DNA of 60,480 nucleotides from Clostridia bacterium (GCA_045656345.1 JAZOQZ010000020.1:1-60480), one strand, 5' to 3'; shown: positions 43,574 to 56,337, counted from the first letter of the stretch. Made by a program: numbers and translations. The notes: generated from the letters alone by a model not told the origin.

Positions 43574-43584
43574 AAAAATTCCTT

Positions 43585-44475
43585 TTATGCGTGGCGTAAT
43601 GCCAGTCCGCACCAGTCGTTATCAACGATTTTTTCCACCAATTGGAAGCCGTTTGCTTGGGCAGATGCTAAAATTTCGTGGCATCTTTCTTCTAAAATGC
43701 CCGATAAAATCAAAACACCGTCAGGATTTAGACACTGCTTCACATCTTTTAGCAAAATAAGCAGCACATCCACAATAATGTTGGCGGTAATGATGTCAAA
43801 TTTCTCATCGCCAACACATTCCAAAAGGTCGCCGCAACGAACATCGCAGATATGGGAAAATCCGTTCTTTTCGATGTTGATTTTTGCGGTATCCACTGCC
43901 ACGGGATCAATATCGGTTGCTACCAGTTCGGTTACTCCCAGCATAGCTCCGATAATGGCTAAAATACCGCTTCCTGTGCCGATATCCAGCATTTTGGTCT
44001 GGTCTTTCTGATATTTGCAAATGAGTTTTGCACAAGCCTGAGTGGTTTCGTGGGTGCCGGTGCCGAATGCGGCACCGCTATCTAATTCCAAAACCTTTTC
44101 GTGAGGCAGGGGTTCGTAGTCCAGCCAAGCGGGTTTTACCACCAAGGTGTCGGTAATTTTTACGATTTTGGCAAACTGCTTCCAGTTATCCTTCCATTCA
44201 GAATCGTTGGCACCCCGAACAGACACCGAAAAACCGTTTTCGGTGAGCAGGGTGAACAAATCTTGTGCTTCCTTTGCAGTTTCTAAGCACACGGTGATAT
44301 AAGCATCTCCCGTGTCTCTTTCATCCTTTAAAAGCCAGGGCATTTCTGCCATAATGTCGGCTTCTAATTTGGGGTCGGTGACAAAATAATTATAAATATC
44401 GTGAATCACAAGGAAGTTTTCCGCTTCCTCGGTATTTCCTGCTTCACAAGTAATTTTTAACTCAAAATAATCCAT
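43585..44475 (-). CDS. prmA: Ribosomal protein L11 methyltransferase
   Basis: 296 aa with FGTGTHETT and DIGTGSGILAI motifs. Confidence 0.92.
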   Translation of the reverse strand: MDYFELKITCEAGNTEEAENFLVIHDIYNYFVTDPKLEADIMAEMPWLLKDERDTGDAYITVCLETAKEAQDLFTLLTENGFSVSVRGANDSEWKDNWKQFAKIVKITDTLVVKPAWLDYEPLPHEKVLELDSGAAFGTGTHETTQACAKLICKYQKDQTKMLDIGTGSGILAIIGAMLGVTELVATDIDPVAVDTAKINIEKNGFSHICDVRCGDLLECVGDEKFDIITANIIVDVLLILLKDVKQCLNPDGVLILSGILEERCHEILASAQANGFQLVEKIVDNDWCGLALRHA

Positions 44476-44499
44476 TTTTTTCTCTTTTCCAAACGTGCA

Positions 44500-44525
44500 A
44501 AAAAGGGGTCGGAGAACCCCTTTTT
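44500..44525 (-). terminator. Hairpin terminator after gyrA
   Basis: aaaaggggt-cggaga-acccctttt(t). Confidence 0.6.
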
Positions 44526-44529
44526 CACA

Positions 44530-47028
44530 TTATTCTTCCACAGTTTCAGTATTTTCTGTATTTTCGGTAGCTTCTGCACCTTCGGGATTTTCGGTTTCTT
44601 CCTCTTCACGAGGTGCTCTTGCCACAGATACCACCTTCACATCCGCATCGGGACGCATTAAGATAACGCCCTGAGTATTTCTGCCAACGGTGTTGATGTC
44701 TTCCGCTTTCAAACGGATAACAACACCTGCGGAGGTGATAATCATAACGTCATCACCGTCTTTAATGGAACGAACACCTGCAATATTACCTGTTTTTTCG
44801 GTAATTTTATAGGTTTTAACGCCCATACCGCCACGGTTTTGCACTTTGTATTCGGAATAGGGAGTACGTTTACCCAAGCCGTTTTCGGAAACGATTAACA
44901 GTTCGGTATCATCGTGTACCACGCTCATACCCACTAATCTGTCGTTTTCTTTTAACTTGATACCACGAACACCACGGGTAACACGACCCTGACTTCTGAT
45001 GTCGCTGATTTTAAAGCGGATGGACATACCTAAGTAAGTAGTCAGAACCACTTCCTGATCGTCGGTTACAATCTTAACCTGCATCAGCTCGTCATCCTCG
45101 TCCATCGCAATAGCACGAAGACCGCCGGAACGGTTGGTGTCGTATTCCATCAGTTCGGTTTTCTTGATGACACCGTTTTTGGTGGTCATTACCAAGTATT
45201 TATCTTCCTCGAAGTTTCTCATGGGAATGGTTGCCGAAATGGTTTCACCGGGCTCTAAATTTAAGAGGTTCACAATGGCGGTACCCTTCGCCGTACGGGA
45301 AGCTTCGGGAATCTGATATGCTTTTAATTTGAACACTCTGCCTGTGTTGGTGAAGAACAGAATGTAGTTATGGGTAGAGGTAACAAACAGCTCTTCCACA
45401 AAGTCTTCTTCTCTGGTGGAAAGACCTGCGATACCACGTCCGCCTCTGTGCTGACTTTTAAATGTGTCGGTAGGCTGACGTTTCACATAACCTAAATGGG
45501 TTAAGGAAATTACCATATCCTCTTCTTCAATTAAGTCTTCATCGTCAATCTGAGAGTAATCGAAGGTGATTTTGGTGCGGCGAGCATCGCCGTATTTATC
45601 TTTGATTTCGGTTAACTCGGTTTTGATGATATCAAGCACCATCTGTTCAGAGGATAAAATTTCGGTGTAATAAGCAATTTGCTTAATAATTTCCGCTAAT
45701 TCATTCTCGATTTTTTCTTTTTCCAGGCCCTGCAATTTCTGCAGTCTCATATCTAAAATTGCCTGCGCCTGAATTTCGGTGAAGCCAAATTTTTCCACCA
45801 GGTTTTCTTTTGCATTGTTATAAGATGCACGGATGGTGGCGATAACTTCATCAATATGGTCTAATGCTTTCTTTAAACCTTCCAAGATATGCGCTCTTGC
45901 TTCGGCTTTACGTTTATCGTAAATGGTTCTTCTTACGATAATGTCCTTCTGATGGTTGATATAGCAATCCAGCACTTCACGGATGTTTAATACCTTAGGC
46001 TGACCGTCTACCAATGCCAGCATAATTACCCCGAAGGTGTCCTGCATCTGAGTGTATTTATAGAGATTATTCAAAACGATATTGGCTGCCGCATCTTTTT
46101 TTACTTCAATCACGATACGAACGCCAACATCCTTGTCGGACTCATCACGAAGGTCTGCAATGCCTTCCAAACGTTTTTCGTGCACCAATTCTGCAATTTT
46201 TTCAATCAGACGAGCTTTATTCACCTGATAGGGCAATTCGGTCACAATAATTCGCTGACGGTTACCGTCATCCTCGATTTCTGCCTCAGCACGAACGATA
46301 ACCTTGCCTCGACCTGTCTGGAAATAGGAACGGATACCGCTTTTTCCCATAATGTTACCTGCGGTGGGGAAATCGGGGCCCTTGATATATTCCATAATTT
46401 CTTCGATGGTGATTTCGGGATTATCAATGGTAGCGCAAATAGCGTCAATACATTCGGTTAAATTATGAGGCGGAATGTTGGTTGCCATACCAACCGCAAT
46501 CCCTGCAGAACCGTTTACCAATAAGTTGGGGAAACGGGAGGGAAGCACGGTGGGTTCTTTCAATCTTTCATCAAAGTTGGGCGCAAAATCAACGGTTTCT
46601 TTGTCGATTTCTTTTAACATCAGCTGTGCCAGACGAGCCATTCTTGCTTCGGTGTAACGGTAAGCAGCGGCAGGGTCACCATCGATAGAACCGAAGTTAC
46701 CCTGACCGTCTACCAACGGGTAACGAAGGGAAAAGTCCTGCGCCAAACGAACCAGGGCATCGTAAACAGATGCGTCACCGTGGGGATGGTAACGACCTAA
46801 CACGTCACCAACGGTGGTCGCACATTTTCTGTATGCCTTTTCAGGAGTTAACCCATCTTCGTGCATGGTGTATAAAATTCTTCTGTGAACCGGTTTTAAG
46901 CCGTCACGGACATCGGGCAAGGCTCTTGCCACGATAACCGACATGGAATATGCCAGATAGGCAGATTTCATCTCATGGACCAAATCAACCGGAACAATAT
47001 GTTCATTTTCAAACATTTGAGTATCCAT
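44530..47028 (-). CDS. gyrA: DNA gyrase subunit A
   Basis: 832 aa with AAAYRYTE (active-site Tyr), the QRDR-like [13 protein letters not shown] segment and C-terminal beta-pinwheel repeats. Confidence 0.98.
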   Translation of the reverse strand: MDTQMFENEHIVPVDLVHEMKSAYLAYSMSVIVARALPDVRDGLKPVHRRILYTMHEDGLTPEKAYRKCATTVGDVLGRYHPHGDASVYDALVRLAQDFSLRYPLVDGQGNFGSIDGDPAAAYRYTEARMARLAQLMLKEIDKETVDFAPNFDERLKEPTVLPSRFPNLLVNGSAGIAVGMATNIPPHNLTECIDAICATIDNPEITIEEIMEYIKGPDFPTAGNIMGKSGIRSYFQTGRGKVIVRAEAEIEDDGNRQRIIVTELPYQVNKARLIEKIAELVHEKRLEGIADLRDESDKDVGVRIVIEVKKDAAANIVLNNLYKYTQMQDTFGVIMLALVDGQPKVLNIREVLDCYINHQKDIIVRRTIYDKRKAEARAHILEGLKKALDHIDEVIATIRASYNNAKENLVEKFGFTEIQAQAILDMRLQKLQGLEKEKIENELAEIIKQIAYYTEILSSEQMVLDIIKTELTEIKDKYGDARRTKITFDYSQIDDEDLIEEEDMVISLTHLGYVKRQPTDTFKSQHRGGRGIAGLSTREEDFVEELFVTSTHNYILFFTNTGRVFKLKAYQIPEASRTAKGTAIVNLLNLEPGETISATIPMRNFEEDKYLVMTTKNGVIKKTELMEYDTNRSGGLRAIAMDEDDELMQVKIVTDDQEVVLTTYLGMSIRFKISDIRSQGRVTRGVRGIKLKENDRLVGMSVVHDDTELLIVSENGLGKRTPYSEYKVQNRGGMGVKTYKITEKTGNIAGVRSIKDGDDVMIITSAGVVIRLKAEDINTVGRNTQGVILMRPDADVKVVSVARAPREEEETENPEGAEATENTENTETVEE

Positions 47029-47052
47029 AAACTGTTCTTCCTTTCTGACAAA

Positions 47053-48981
<1,929 letters not shown>

Positions 48982-49010
48982 TCATCCTTTCTTATGGGAT
49001 TTCTCATTCG

Positions 49011-49265
49011 TTAGAACATAAGACCTTTTCTGTTTTGTATGGTACGGGAAGCCAGGGGCGACAAATACCCCACTTCCACACCGTCCTTCACTGCAAGAAT
49101 GAAGGATTTCGGAAGCTCTTCCGACACGGCGATAAGCCGGTCATCTTCTTCCAGAGTTTGCAAATATTCCATAGTGGAGGAGGACTCTGAGATATGATCA
49201 AAATCAAACACGCCGATAATATCCTGCTCGTTTAACACAAAATCATTACCGATATGAAGATACAT
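49011..49265 (-). CDS. remB: DUF370 protein (RemB/YaaB-like)
   Basis: 84 aa, MYLHIGNDFVLNEQDIIGVFDFD... Conserved position immediately upstream of gyrB. Confidence 0.8.
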   Translation of the reverse strand: MYLHIGNDFVLNEQDIIGVFDFDHISESSSTMEYLQTLEEDDRLIAVSEELPKSFILAVKDGVEVGYLSPLASRTIQNRKGLMF

Positions 49266-49429
49266 CTCATTCCCCTCCTCTCTTTTTTAAACGGAAAGAA
49301 CTTTCATTTTTCCCATAGGGAAAAATGAAAAAATATAAAAACAATATACCTATATTATTCTAACACAAAACCTCCCGATTGTAAAGTGTTTTTTCGAAAA
49401 AAATTAAGAAAAAAACACGAAAAACCCCC

Positions 49430-49777
49430 TTAAATTCCAAGATGTTCGGGCAACTCTTCCATCCCACACACCAAAACCTCGGATTCGCCTTCAAAAAGCT
49501 TCTTTAATCTGCGCATATTACAACCATTTCCCCCCTCTGTTAACACGATGATTTTCCGTTCACAGATACCGGTATCATTCTTATAATTCTGAAACATCAA
49601 CGACCGCACTGTTTCTTCCGGAAACAGGTCTTCTTCCCCGAGTAAAATCAGTGTGTAGATACATTTTCCGCAAAGATATTTCCTCTCCCCGAAAAAATCC
49701 CGCAAAAAGAACACCAACGAAAATATGCCGTATGCCGAAAAAAACAAAATACATCCGTAAAGAAATGCTTCTTTCAT
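49430..49777 (-). CDS. Hypothetical protein with one N-terminal TM helix
   Basis: 115 aa. Strong GGGAGG RBS. Perfect 13-bp hairpin terminator downstream (tttcatttttccc-ata-gggaaaaatgaaa, about 49303-49331). No recognisable motif. Confidence 0.55.
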   Translation of the reverse strand: MKEAFLYGCILFFSAYGIFSLVFFLRDFFGERKYLCGKCIYTLILLGEEDLFPEETVRSLMFQNYKNDTGICERKIIVLTEGGNGCNMRRLKKLFEGESEVLVCGMEELPEHLGI

Positions 49778-49968
49778 GTTACTACCTCCCGCTGTTTTCC
49801 ACCGATATAACGCCTTCGATAGTTCATTTTATGCCGGATTGCCACAGGCGGTGAAAGAAAAAATCGGCAAAAACAAAAAAGCTATTGCTAAATTTCAATT
49901 TGTGTGCTACACTGTTTATACTGTTTCAGAAAAACAGTGACGATAATTCTTAAAAAAAGGAGTTCATA

Positions 49969-50823
49969 ATGCTCAAAAATAACTGGTTGATTTCAACCGT
50001 GTTAATACTCTGTGTCTTATTCCTTGCAAGCACAGAAATTTTTATGACGACACCCGCTGTAACAGATATCACTCCTGTTGCAGCAGAACCCACTCCGTCG
50101 CCCACACCCTTTCCTACTAAGGAACCGGAAGTATTGGTTGTGTCCGAAGACCCTGCCGACCCTTATCCCGATATGTATGGTGACAATCCCAACCAGCAAT
50201 TTGCACCTCGTGAGGAAGCTGTTGTTTATCTCACCTTTGACGACGGACCGTCTGAGTCCACGCCTGCTCTGCTGGAAGTGTTAAAAGCAGAAGGCGTACC
50301 TGCCACGTTTTTTATTGCATCAGACAAACATCCGGACCTGTTAAAACAAATCTACGAAGACGGACATACTCTGGGCGTACATACCGATTCCCATATGTAC
50401 GACTATGTTTACTGGCATAAAGAGGCATTTCTTGCGGATTTTGCCAGATGCTACCTCACCATCTGGGATGCCACGGGATACCGCCCCTGTATTTTTCGGT
50501 TCCCCGGTGGCAGTGTGAATTCCTATAACCGCCATCTGATTGGGGATTTAGTTACCGAAATGGAGCAAAGGGGATTCGTTTATTACGACTGGAATGTTAC
50601 CTCAGAAGATGCTTCCACCGCAAAAACCTACGAAGAACAGCTGGAAAATCTTATGGTCCAGTCGGAAAATAAAAAACGTATCATCGCCCTGATGCACGAT
50701 ACAAAAAAGAACAGTGATGTGGCTTTGGTTGTGAAAGACTATATCACTCATATGAAAGAAAAGGGCTACCATTTCGCAGCGTTGGATTCTTCGGTAGAAC
50801 CCGTTCATTTCTCCCTGCCGTAA
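49969..50823 (+). CDS. Polysaccharide deacetylase (CE4, NodB homology domain), membrane-anchored
   Basis: 284 aa with an N-terminal TM helix, a Pro/Thr-rich linker, and TFDDGP and HTDSH motifs. Confidence 0.88.
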   Translation: MLKNNWLISTVLILCVLFLASTEIFMTTPAVTDITPVAAEPTPSPTPFPTKEPEVLVVSEDPADPYPDMYGDNPNQQFAPREEAVVYLTFDDGPSESTPALLEVLKAEGVPATFFIASDKHPDLLKQIYEDGHTLGVHTDSHMYDYVYWHKEAFLADFARCYLTIWDATGYRPCIFRFPGGSVNSYNRHLIGDLVTEMEQRGFVYYDWNVTSEDASTAKTYEEQLENLMVQSENKKRIIALMHDTKKNSDVALVVKDYITHMKEKGYHFAALDSSVEPVHFSLP

Positions 50824-50855
50824 AGACATGAAAAATTCAGAAAGGATTTTGAAAC

Positions 50856-53213
50856 TTGGAAACCAAAACCGTATTTCAGACCCTGGAATTTGATAAAATT
50901 TTAAACCGCGCCAAAGAATATGCCGTGTTGGAAGAAACCAAAGAAAACATTCTCTCCCTTCAGGCAGAACCCTCTTTAGGCGCTGTTTCCCGTTTGCTTG
51001 CCCAAACCGAAGCGGCAATGTCTCTTTTGGTGAAAGCAGGAAGTCCACCCATTGATTCCTTTGGGGAAATGAGAGGCATTATCAAGCGGTTATCCATCGG
51101 CGGTTCCCTGTCCCAGAAAGAACTGTTGTCCACCGCAAGTCTTTTAAAATCTTCCCGCTCGTTGAAAGAATATTTTGGCGATAACAAAACCGAAATTTTC
51201 TCCGATTATGAATACCGTCTCACCGTGCAAAAGCGCCTGGAAGACGAAATTTTTATGAAGATTATTTCAGAAGATGAAGTGTCGGACAATGCCAGCGATG
51301 AGCTTTATAAAATCCGTCGGCAGAAGATTTCCGCCAACAATAAAATCAAAGAAACCCTGCAAAAATTCACCAATTCCCAAAACTATAAAAAATTCCTGCA
51401 AAATGCAGCGGTTACCTTAAGAAATGACCGCTATGTGTTACCTGTAAAACAGGAATACCGTAACGAAATTCCGGGTTTGGTCCACGACTCTTCCGACTCG
51501 GGGGCAACCGTGTTTATTGAACCCATGGCAATCGTCACCTTAAACAACGAACTGCGGGAATTAGAATCCAAAGAAAAAGAAGAAATTGCAAAAATCCTCA
51601 TCTATTTAAGCGGTCAGCTTTCAGGCATCTGGGAAGAAATCGAGGTTGCCAACGGACTGATTTTAGATTTGGATTTCATTTTTGCAAAAGCCAAATACAG
51701 CCGCTCTTTCAAAGGAGAAATCCCCCAGCTCAACGACCGGGGAAAAATCAGCTTAAAAAAAGCACGTCATCCTCTGTTAAACCCTGAAATCGCCGTCCCC
51801 ATTGATATTGAACTGGGAGACGGATGTGACACTTTAGTCATCACAGGCCCCAACACAGGCGGGAAAACCGTGTCCTTAAAAACTTTGGGACTTCTTACCC
51901 TGATGGCACAGAGCGGTTTTGCCATCCCTGTTTTTATGGGAAGCGAAATTGCCGTGTATGAACACATTTTTGCGGATATCGGTGACGAGCAAAGCATTGA
52001 GCAGTCCTTGTCCACCTTCTCGTCGCATATGACAAGAATCGTGTCTATTCTAAAAAATGCCACCTTCGGAAGCCTTGCCCTTTTTGATGAATTGGGGGCA
52101 GGCACCGACCCCACCGAAGGCGCGGCACTTGCCATTGAAATTATTGAGTATTTACGAAAACGGGGTGTGACCGTGGCAGCAACCACCCACTATCCCGAAT
52201 TGAAATTGTATGCACTTTCCCAAAGCGGGGTGCAGAATGCCTCTTTGGAGTTCTCTGTGGAAACGCTGATGCCCACATATCGTCTGATAATGGGCATGCC
52301 CGGGAAAAGTAATGCCTTTGCCATTTCCAAGCGTTTAGGCCTGTCTGACGAAGTTTTAGAGGCAGCCGAAAAACGACTCTCCGCCGATGCCATCCGCTTT
52401 GAGGATGTGCTGACCGTTATCGACGAGCAGAGAATCAAAGCAGAAAAAGATCAGCAGGAAGCCGAACTTTTAAAAGAAAAGATTCGTATTCTGGAAAAAG
52501 AATTATCCTCCAAAAAGGATGATGCGTTAGCGAAAAACCGTGAAATTATTGAAAAAGCACGGCAACAAGCCATGGAAATCATCGAAGAAGCACAGGAAAA
52601 AGCAGAAGGCATCATTCAGAAATTGAATCAGGAAGCCAAAAACCAGAGAGAACGTGCCAAAGCCGTGGGCGAAGCAAGAAAACAACTTGCAGAAGAACGG
52701 CAAAAGCAGGCACAGAAACTCGCCAATGAAGAAAAGAAAAAACAGAACCCCTTAACCGCCAAAGAATTAAAAATCGGTATGACGGTGATGATGGACGATT
52801 TCGATACCCCCGTTACCGTGGATATTCTGCCTGACGACAAGGGAAACCTTACCGTGTTGGCAGGGATTATGCGAATCAAAACCAACATTTCCAATCTGTC
52901 CCGCTGTGAAGCGAAAAAGCAGAAGCCACAGCACAGTCCCTATCGGAATGCCAGCGCAAGAAACAAGGAAATCCGTCCCGAATTGGACCTTCGGGGAATG
53001 AATCTGGAGGAAGCCGAATACGTCACCGAAAAATTCATTGACGATGCGGTATTAGCCAACATCCCTTCCGTGGTGATTATTCACGGAAAAGGCACAGGAG
53101 TCCTTCGAGCAGGCATCCATCAGCTGCTTAAGAAAAACAAGTCCGTAAAATCCTTCCGCTTGGGGAACTTCGGAGAAGGCGAAGCGGGAGTCACCATTTG
53201 TGAAATGAAATAA
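50856..53213 (+). CDS. mutS2: Endonuclease MutS2 (Smr domain)
   Basis: 785 aa, TTG start. Walker A ITGPNTGGKT, a coiled-coil region and a C-terminal Smr domain (LDLRGM...IIHGKGTGVLR). Confidence 0.93.
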   Translation: METKTVFQTLEFDKILNRAKEYAVLEETKENILSLQAEPSLGAVSRLLAQTEAAMSLLVKAGSPPIDSFGEMRGIIKRLSIGGSLSQKELLSTASLLKSSRSLKEYFGDNKTEIFSDYEYRLTVQKRLEDEIFMKIISEDEVSDNASDELYKIRRQKISANNKIKETLQKFTNSQNYKKFLQNAAVTLRNDRYVLPVKQEYRNEIPGLVHDSSDSGATVFIEPMAIVTLNNELRELESKEKEEIAKILIYLSGQLSGIWEEIEVANGLILDLDFIFAKAKYSRSFKGEIPQLNDRGKISLKKARHPLLNPEIAVPIDIELGDGCDTLVITGPNTGGKTVSLKTLGLLTLMAQSGFAIPVFMGSEIAVYEHIFADIGDEQSIEQSLSTFSSHMTRIVSILKNATFGSLALFDELGAGTDPTEGAALAIEIIEYLRKRGVTVAATTHYPELKLYALSQSGVQNASLEFSVETLMPTYRLIMGMPGKSNAFAISKRLGLSDEVLEAAEKRLSADAIRFEDVLTVIDEQRIKAEKDQQEAELLKEKIRILEKELSSKKDDALAKNREIIEKARQQAMEIIEEAQEKAEGIIQKLNQEAKNQRERAKAVGEARKQLAEERQKQAQKLANEEKKKQNPLTAKELKIGMTVMMDDFDTPVTVDILPDDKGNLTVLAGIMRIKTNISNLSRCEAKKQKPQHSPYRNASARNKEIRPELDLRGMNLEEAEYVTEKFIDDAVLANIPSVVIIHGKGTGVLRAGIHQLLKKNKSVKSFRLGNFGEGEAGVTICEMK

Positions 53214-53226
53214 GGAGTTTTTTAAT

Positions 53227-53616
53227 ATGAATGCAATCGGCGTAACCAACGAGCATCAGTTTATTGTAACAGAAAATCACACCGCCATCACCTTAGAAAG
53301 CGGAAACGCCCGGGTGCTTTCCACCCCCTATTTAGTGGCAATGCTGGAAAAAGCGGCACACGAATTATGCTTCCCCTATTTAGAAGACGGCACCGCCACC
53401 GTGGGCACCGAAATGAATATGAAACACTTAGCAGCAACTCCCGTGGGAATGAAGGTCACCGTCTCTGCCACCGTGACCGAATGGGAAGGACGAAAAATTG
53501 TCTTCTCTCTGGAAGCCCACGACGAAGCGGAAAAAATCGCAGAAGGAACCCACACAAGATTTGTGGTTTTGAAAGAAAAGTTCCAGGCAAGATGCGATGG
53601 AAAATTAACCAAATAG
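53227..53616 (+). CDS. Hotdog-fold thioesterase-family protein
   Basis: 129 aa. A small hotdog-like pattern (...VGTEMNMKHLAATPVG..V...A.V...G.....F...). The family call is from memory. Confidence 0.65.
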   Translation: MNAIGVTNEHQFIVTENHTAITLESGNARVLSTPYLVAMLEKAAHELCFPYLEDGTATVGTEMNMKHLAATPVGMKVTVSATVTEWEGRKIVFSLEAHDEAEKIAEGTHTRFVVLKEKFQARCDGKLTK

Positions 53617-53621
53617 CAAAC

Positions 53622-53653
53622 AAAAAAGCTGTTGCAACCGCAACAGCTTTTTT
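53622..53653. terminator. Bidirectional rho-independent terminator
   Basis: aaaaaagctgttgc-aacc-gcaacagctttttt. Confidence 0.8.
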
Positions 53654-53656
53654 ATC

Positions 53657-54718
53657 TTATAAAATCGTCAGTTCTTTCTCCAGTTTGGTGGTGGAATAAA
53701 GCTTATCATCCTCTAAATAGAAGGTATCTTCAATGCGAATACCGAATTCTTCGGGCAGATAAATTCCCGGTTCGTTGGAAAACACCATCCCATTCTGAAA
53801 AATTTCGGTACTGTTGGTTCCTAAGGTGGGATGTTCGTGAATTTTCACACCCACACCGTGTCCCAAACTGTGCCCGAAAACACCTTTATAACCACTATTC
53901 TCAATATAATCACGGGCAATTTTGTCTGCATCGGAACAGGCTTTTCCCACACCGATAAAATCTTTTGCCAGGTTATGCGCTGCTAAAACCGTTTCGTATG
54001 CGTGGCGAGCCTTGTCGGACACTTTGCCGAAGAAGGAAGTTCTTGTCACATCTGAGCAATACCCTTCATACACACAACCAAAATCACAAAGGAGAGCATC
54101 TCCTGCTTCCAGCTTCCGCCGAGAGGGTTCTCCGTGAGGCTGAGCTGCGTGATCCCCAAATAAAATGATGGTATCAAAGGAGGTTTTCCGAGCTCCCTGT
54201 TTTATCATCTGATATTCCAACTCCGCCTTTAAATCCTGCTCGCACACCCCTTCTTTCACAAAGGAAAGCATTGCTAAATAGGCATTGTCTGCAATCCGTT
54301 GCGCCTGCTGGAGTTTAAATAGTTCCGAGGCATCTTTTACCAATCTGATATCCATAATCATGGATTTCACATTGGGAAAGTTGGTGTTGGGAAAATGGTC
54401 TAAGAGCATCTTGTAAAAATGAACGGTTAAAAACTGCTGTTCAATATACACGGTGGATTCCGTCATCAGCTCTTTTAATTTAGATACCAAAGAACCTTCG
54501 GTTACCACCGTAAATCCCGCTTCATTTTCCTTTGCCGCCGTTTCATAACGAAAATCGGTTAACAGATATGCTTTATGATGGGTAATATATAAATGAATAT
54601 TGGAGGAATTGATGCCTGAAAAATAGAAGGCATTTTTCGGGTCGCTGACCAAAATCCCCTCTTGTTCATTTAATTGATCTCTTAATTTTTGAAGACGTGC
54701 TTCGTAAAACTGTTTCAT
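53657..54718 (-). CDS. M24-family Xaa-Pro aminopeptidase/dipeptidase
   Basis: 353 aa with DFGCVYEGYCSDVTRT, HSLGHGVGVKIHE and EPGIY/IRIED metal-ligand motifs. Confidence 0.9.
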   Translation of the reverse strand: MKQFYEARLQKLRDQLNEQEGILVSDPKNAFYFSGINSSNIHLYITHHKAYLLTDFRYETAAKENEAGFTVVTEGSLVSKLKELMTESTVYIEQQFLTVHFYKMLLDHFPNTNFPNVKSMIMDIRLVKDASELFKLQQAQRIADNAYLAMLSFVKEGVCEQDLKAELEYQMIKQGARKTSFDTIILFGDHAAQPHGEPSRRKLEAGDALLCDFGCVYEGYCSDVTRTSFFGKVSDKARHAYETVLAAHNLAKDFIGVGKACSDADKIARDYIENSGYKGVFGHSLGHGVGVKIHEHPTLGTNSTEIFQNGMVFSNEPGIYLPEEFGIRIEDTFYLEDDKLYSTTKLEKELTIL

Positions 54719-54719
54719 C

Positions 54720-55577
54720 TTATTTTCCTTGTAACTGATTAAAATAATGCGCCATCGAAAGAGCGTCTTTATCCTGAGTGCCTGCGGATTCGCAGATAAT
54801 CATGGGAGTGAATCCTTTTTCGTGCACCGCTTCCAAAAAGGGCTCGTAATCGGGTCCGAACTCGGTGTCTTCAAAGGTCAGGTGACGTTTTTCCCCCTGA
54901 TTGGTGTACTCAATTTTGGAGAAGTGGCAATGGAATTTTTTTGCTTTTTCGGCTCCCAGCTTTTTCTCCATTTTATCAAGGAGAATCAGGTAATCGTCTT
55001 TGGTTTTTAATCCTCCCAAAGTACGGCAGTTTAAGTGGCCGAAATCAATGGCAGGAAGCAACATTTCGTGGGTTTGGCAAAGTTTTATCACCTCGTCAAA
55101 ATCGCCTAGCTGATTGATTTTTCCCATCACCTCGGGGCAAAGATAAATGCCGTCCAATCCTTCTTCTTTGGCACGAGTCAGGGTTTTATGCAGCGTGTCT
55201 AACGACAGTTCATATGCTTTGGCTCTGGTCATTTTTGCACAGGAACCCGAATGCACCACAATACGGTCTGCCCCCATCAGCTTTGCCACACGAAAACAAG
55301 CTAAAAGATACTCCACGCTTTTCTCCCGTTTTTCAGGATCGGTGGAAGAAAGGCTCACATAATATTGGCTGTGAATGGATAAATGCACCCCGTGTTTCTT
55401 TGCTTCTTCCCCTAAAATACGGGCGCTGTCTTCCGAAATATGAACCCCTTTATTGCATTGGTATTCATAGGCGTTTAATCCAATCTCCGAAAGATATCGG
55501 GGACGGTCCAACGAAGATTTATAGCCGGCATCATAGTACTGTTCACTGTTACCGCCGGGTCCAAACAAAATATTCAT
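54720..55577 (-). CDS. Xylose-isomerase-like TIM-barrel protein (AP endonuclease family 2-like)
   Basis: 285 aa with an alternating beta-alpha pattern and His/Glu/Asp ligand-like motifs (LSIHSQYY, VVHSG, CPEVMG, IDFGH). Function uncertain. Confidence 0.6.
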   Translation of the reverse strand: MNILFGPGGNSEQYYDAGYKSSLDRPRYLSEIGLNAYEYQCNKGVHISEDSARILGEEAKKHGVHLSIHSQYYVSLSSTDPEKREKSVEYLLACFRVAKLMGADRIVVHSGSCAKMTRAKAYELSLDTLHKTLTRAKEEGLDGIYLCPEVMGKINQLGDFDEVIKLCQTHEMLLPAIDFGHLNCRTLGGLKTKDDYLILLDKMEKKLGAEKAKKFHCHFSKIEYTNQGEKRHLTFEDTEFGPDYEPFLEAVHEKGFTPMIICESAGTQDKDALSMAHYFNQLQGK

Positions 55578-55583
55578 AACAAA

Positions 55584-56057
55584 TTAGTTCCTTTTGATAA
55601 TTTTTTTCTCCAAAGAGCGACGAAAAGCCATCCCTCTTCCCTTATCAGGACCGTAGGGATCCACCATTGCGCATCGGATTCCAAGTAACTTCGCACATAA
55701 AATATCGGTAAAAAACTGGTCCCCCACCAAAAGCACTTCTTCTTTAGCATACCCTTTGATGAGCTTTCCCAGCCGAAAGGGCAACGGTTTTAACGAATAA
55801 CCGTGCGCCTCGATTTTGTGTTCCCCGAAAGCTTTTTCAATACGGTGAGTCTTTCCGTTGGATGCAACCATCACACGCACTCCCGAATTTCTGATTTCTT
55901 CCACCAGTTCCACACGCTCGGGCACAATAGAATCTGTTTGTGCTAAAATCAAGGTGGCATCTGCATCAAAAATCAGAAGACGAATCTTATGCTGTTGTAA
56001 AAACGAAGGAGTTACCTCCTCCACATTCTTTAAGAGAAAATCGGGTTGTAAACTCAT
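55584..56057 (-). CDS. YqeG-family HAD-IIIA phosphatase
   Basis: Trimmed to MSLQPDFLLKNVEEVTP...LLIFDADATL. The GDQFFTDI motif is typical of YqeG. Confidence 0.8.
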   Translation of the reverse strand: MSLQPDFLLKNVEEVTPSFLQQHKIRLLIFDADATLILAQTDSIVPERVELVEEIRNSGVRVMVASNGKTHRIEKAFGEHKIEAHGYSLKPLPFRLGKLIKGYAKEEVLLVGDQFFTDILCAKLLGIRCAMVDPYGPDKGRGMAFRRSLEKKIIKRN

Positions 56058-56163
56058 AAAAATCCCTCGTGAAGTTTTTCGGTTGTCGTGAGAATTTCCC
56101 ACATCTTTCCTTTCCAGTTTAGCATAAATTCCAAAAAAATTCAATAGAAATCACAAAAAAACA

Positions 56164-56192
56164 TTGACAAACCAACTTTCTTTTGATATAAT
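56164..56192 (+). promoter_or_regulatory. Candidate sigma-A promoter for tRNA-Arg
   Basis: TTGACA, 17-nt spacer, TATAAT. Lies about 30 nt upstream of the tRNA. Confidence 0.6.
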
Positions 56193-56221
56193 ACCAATGT
56201 TGCAAACTTAAACCTTTGCAT

Positions 56222-56298
56222 GCGCCTTTACCTCAGCTGGATAGAGGGTTCGGCTACGAACCGAAATGTCGGGGGTTCGAGTCCCTCAAGGCGCGCCA
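56222..56298 (+). tRNA. tRNA-Arg (anticodon ACG)
   Basis: 77 nt: GCGCCTT acceptor, D-arm CTCAGCTGGATAGAG, anticodon arm TTCGG-CTACGAA-CCGAA, T-arm GGGGGTTCGAGTCCC, GCCA end. Confidence 0.93.
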
Positions 56299-56306
56299 AG
56301 AAAAGA

Positions 56307-56337
56307 GCAGATGCCGTTTACGGTGTCTGCTTTTTTT
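56307..56337 (+). terminator. Rho-independent terminator after tRNA-Arg
   Basis: gcagatgccg-ttta-cggtgtctgc followed by ttttttt. Confidence 0.75.
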
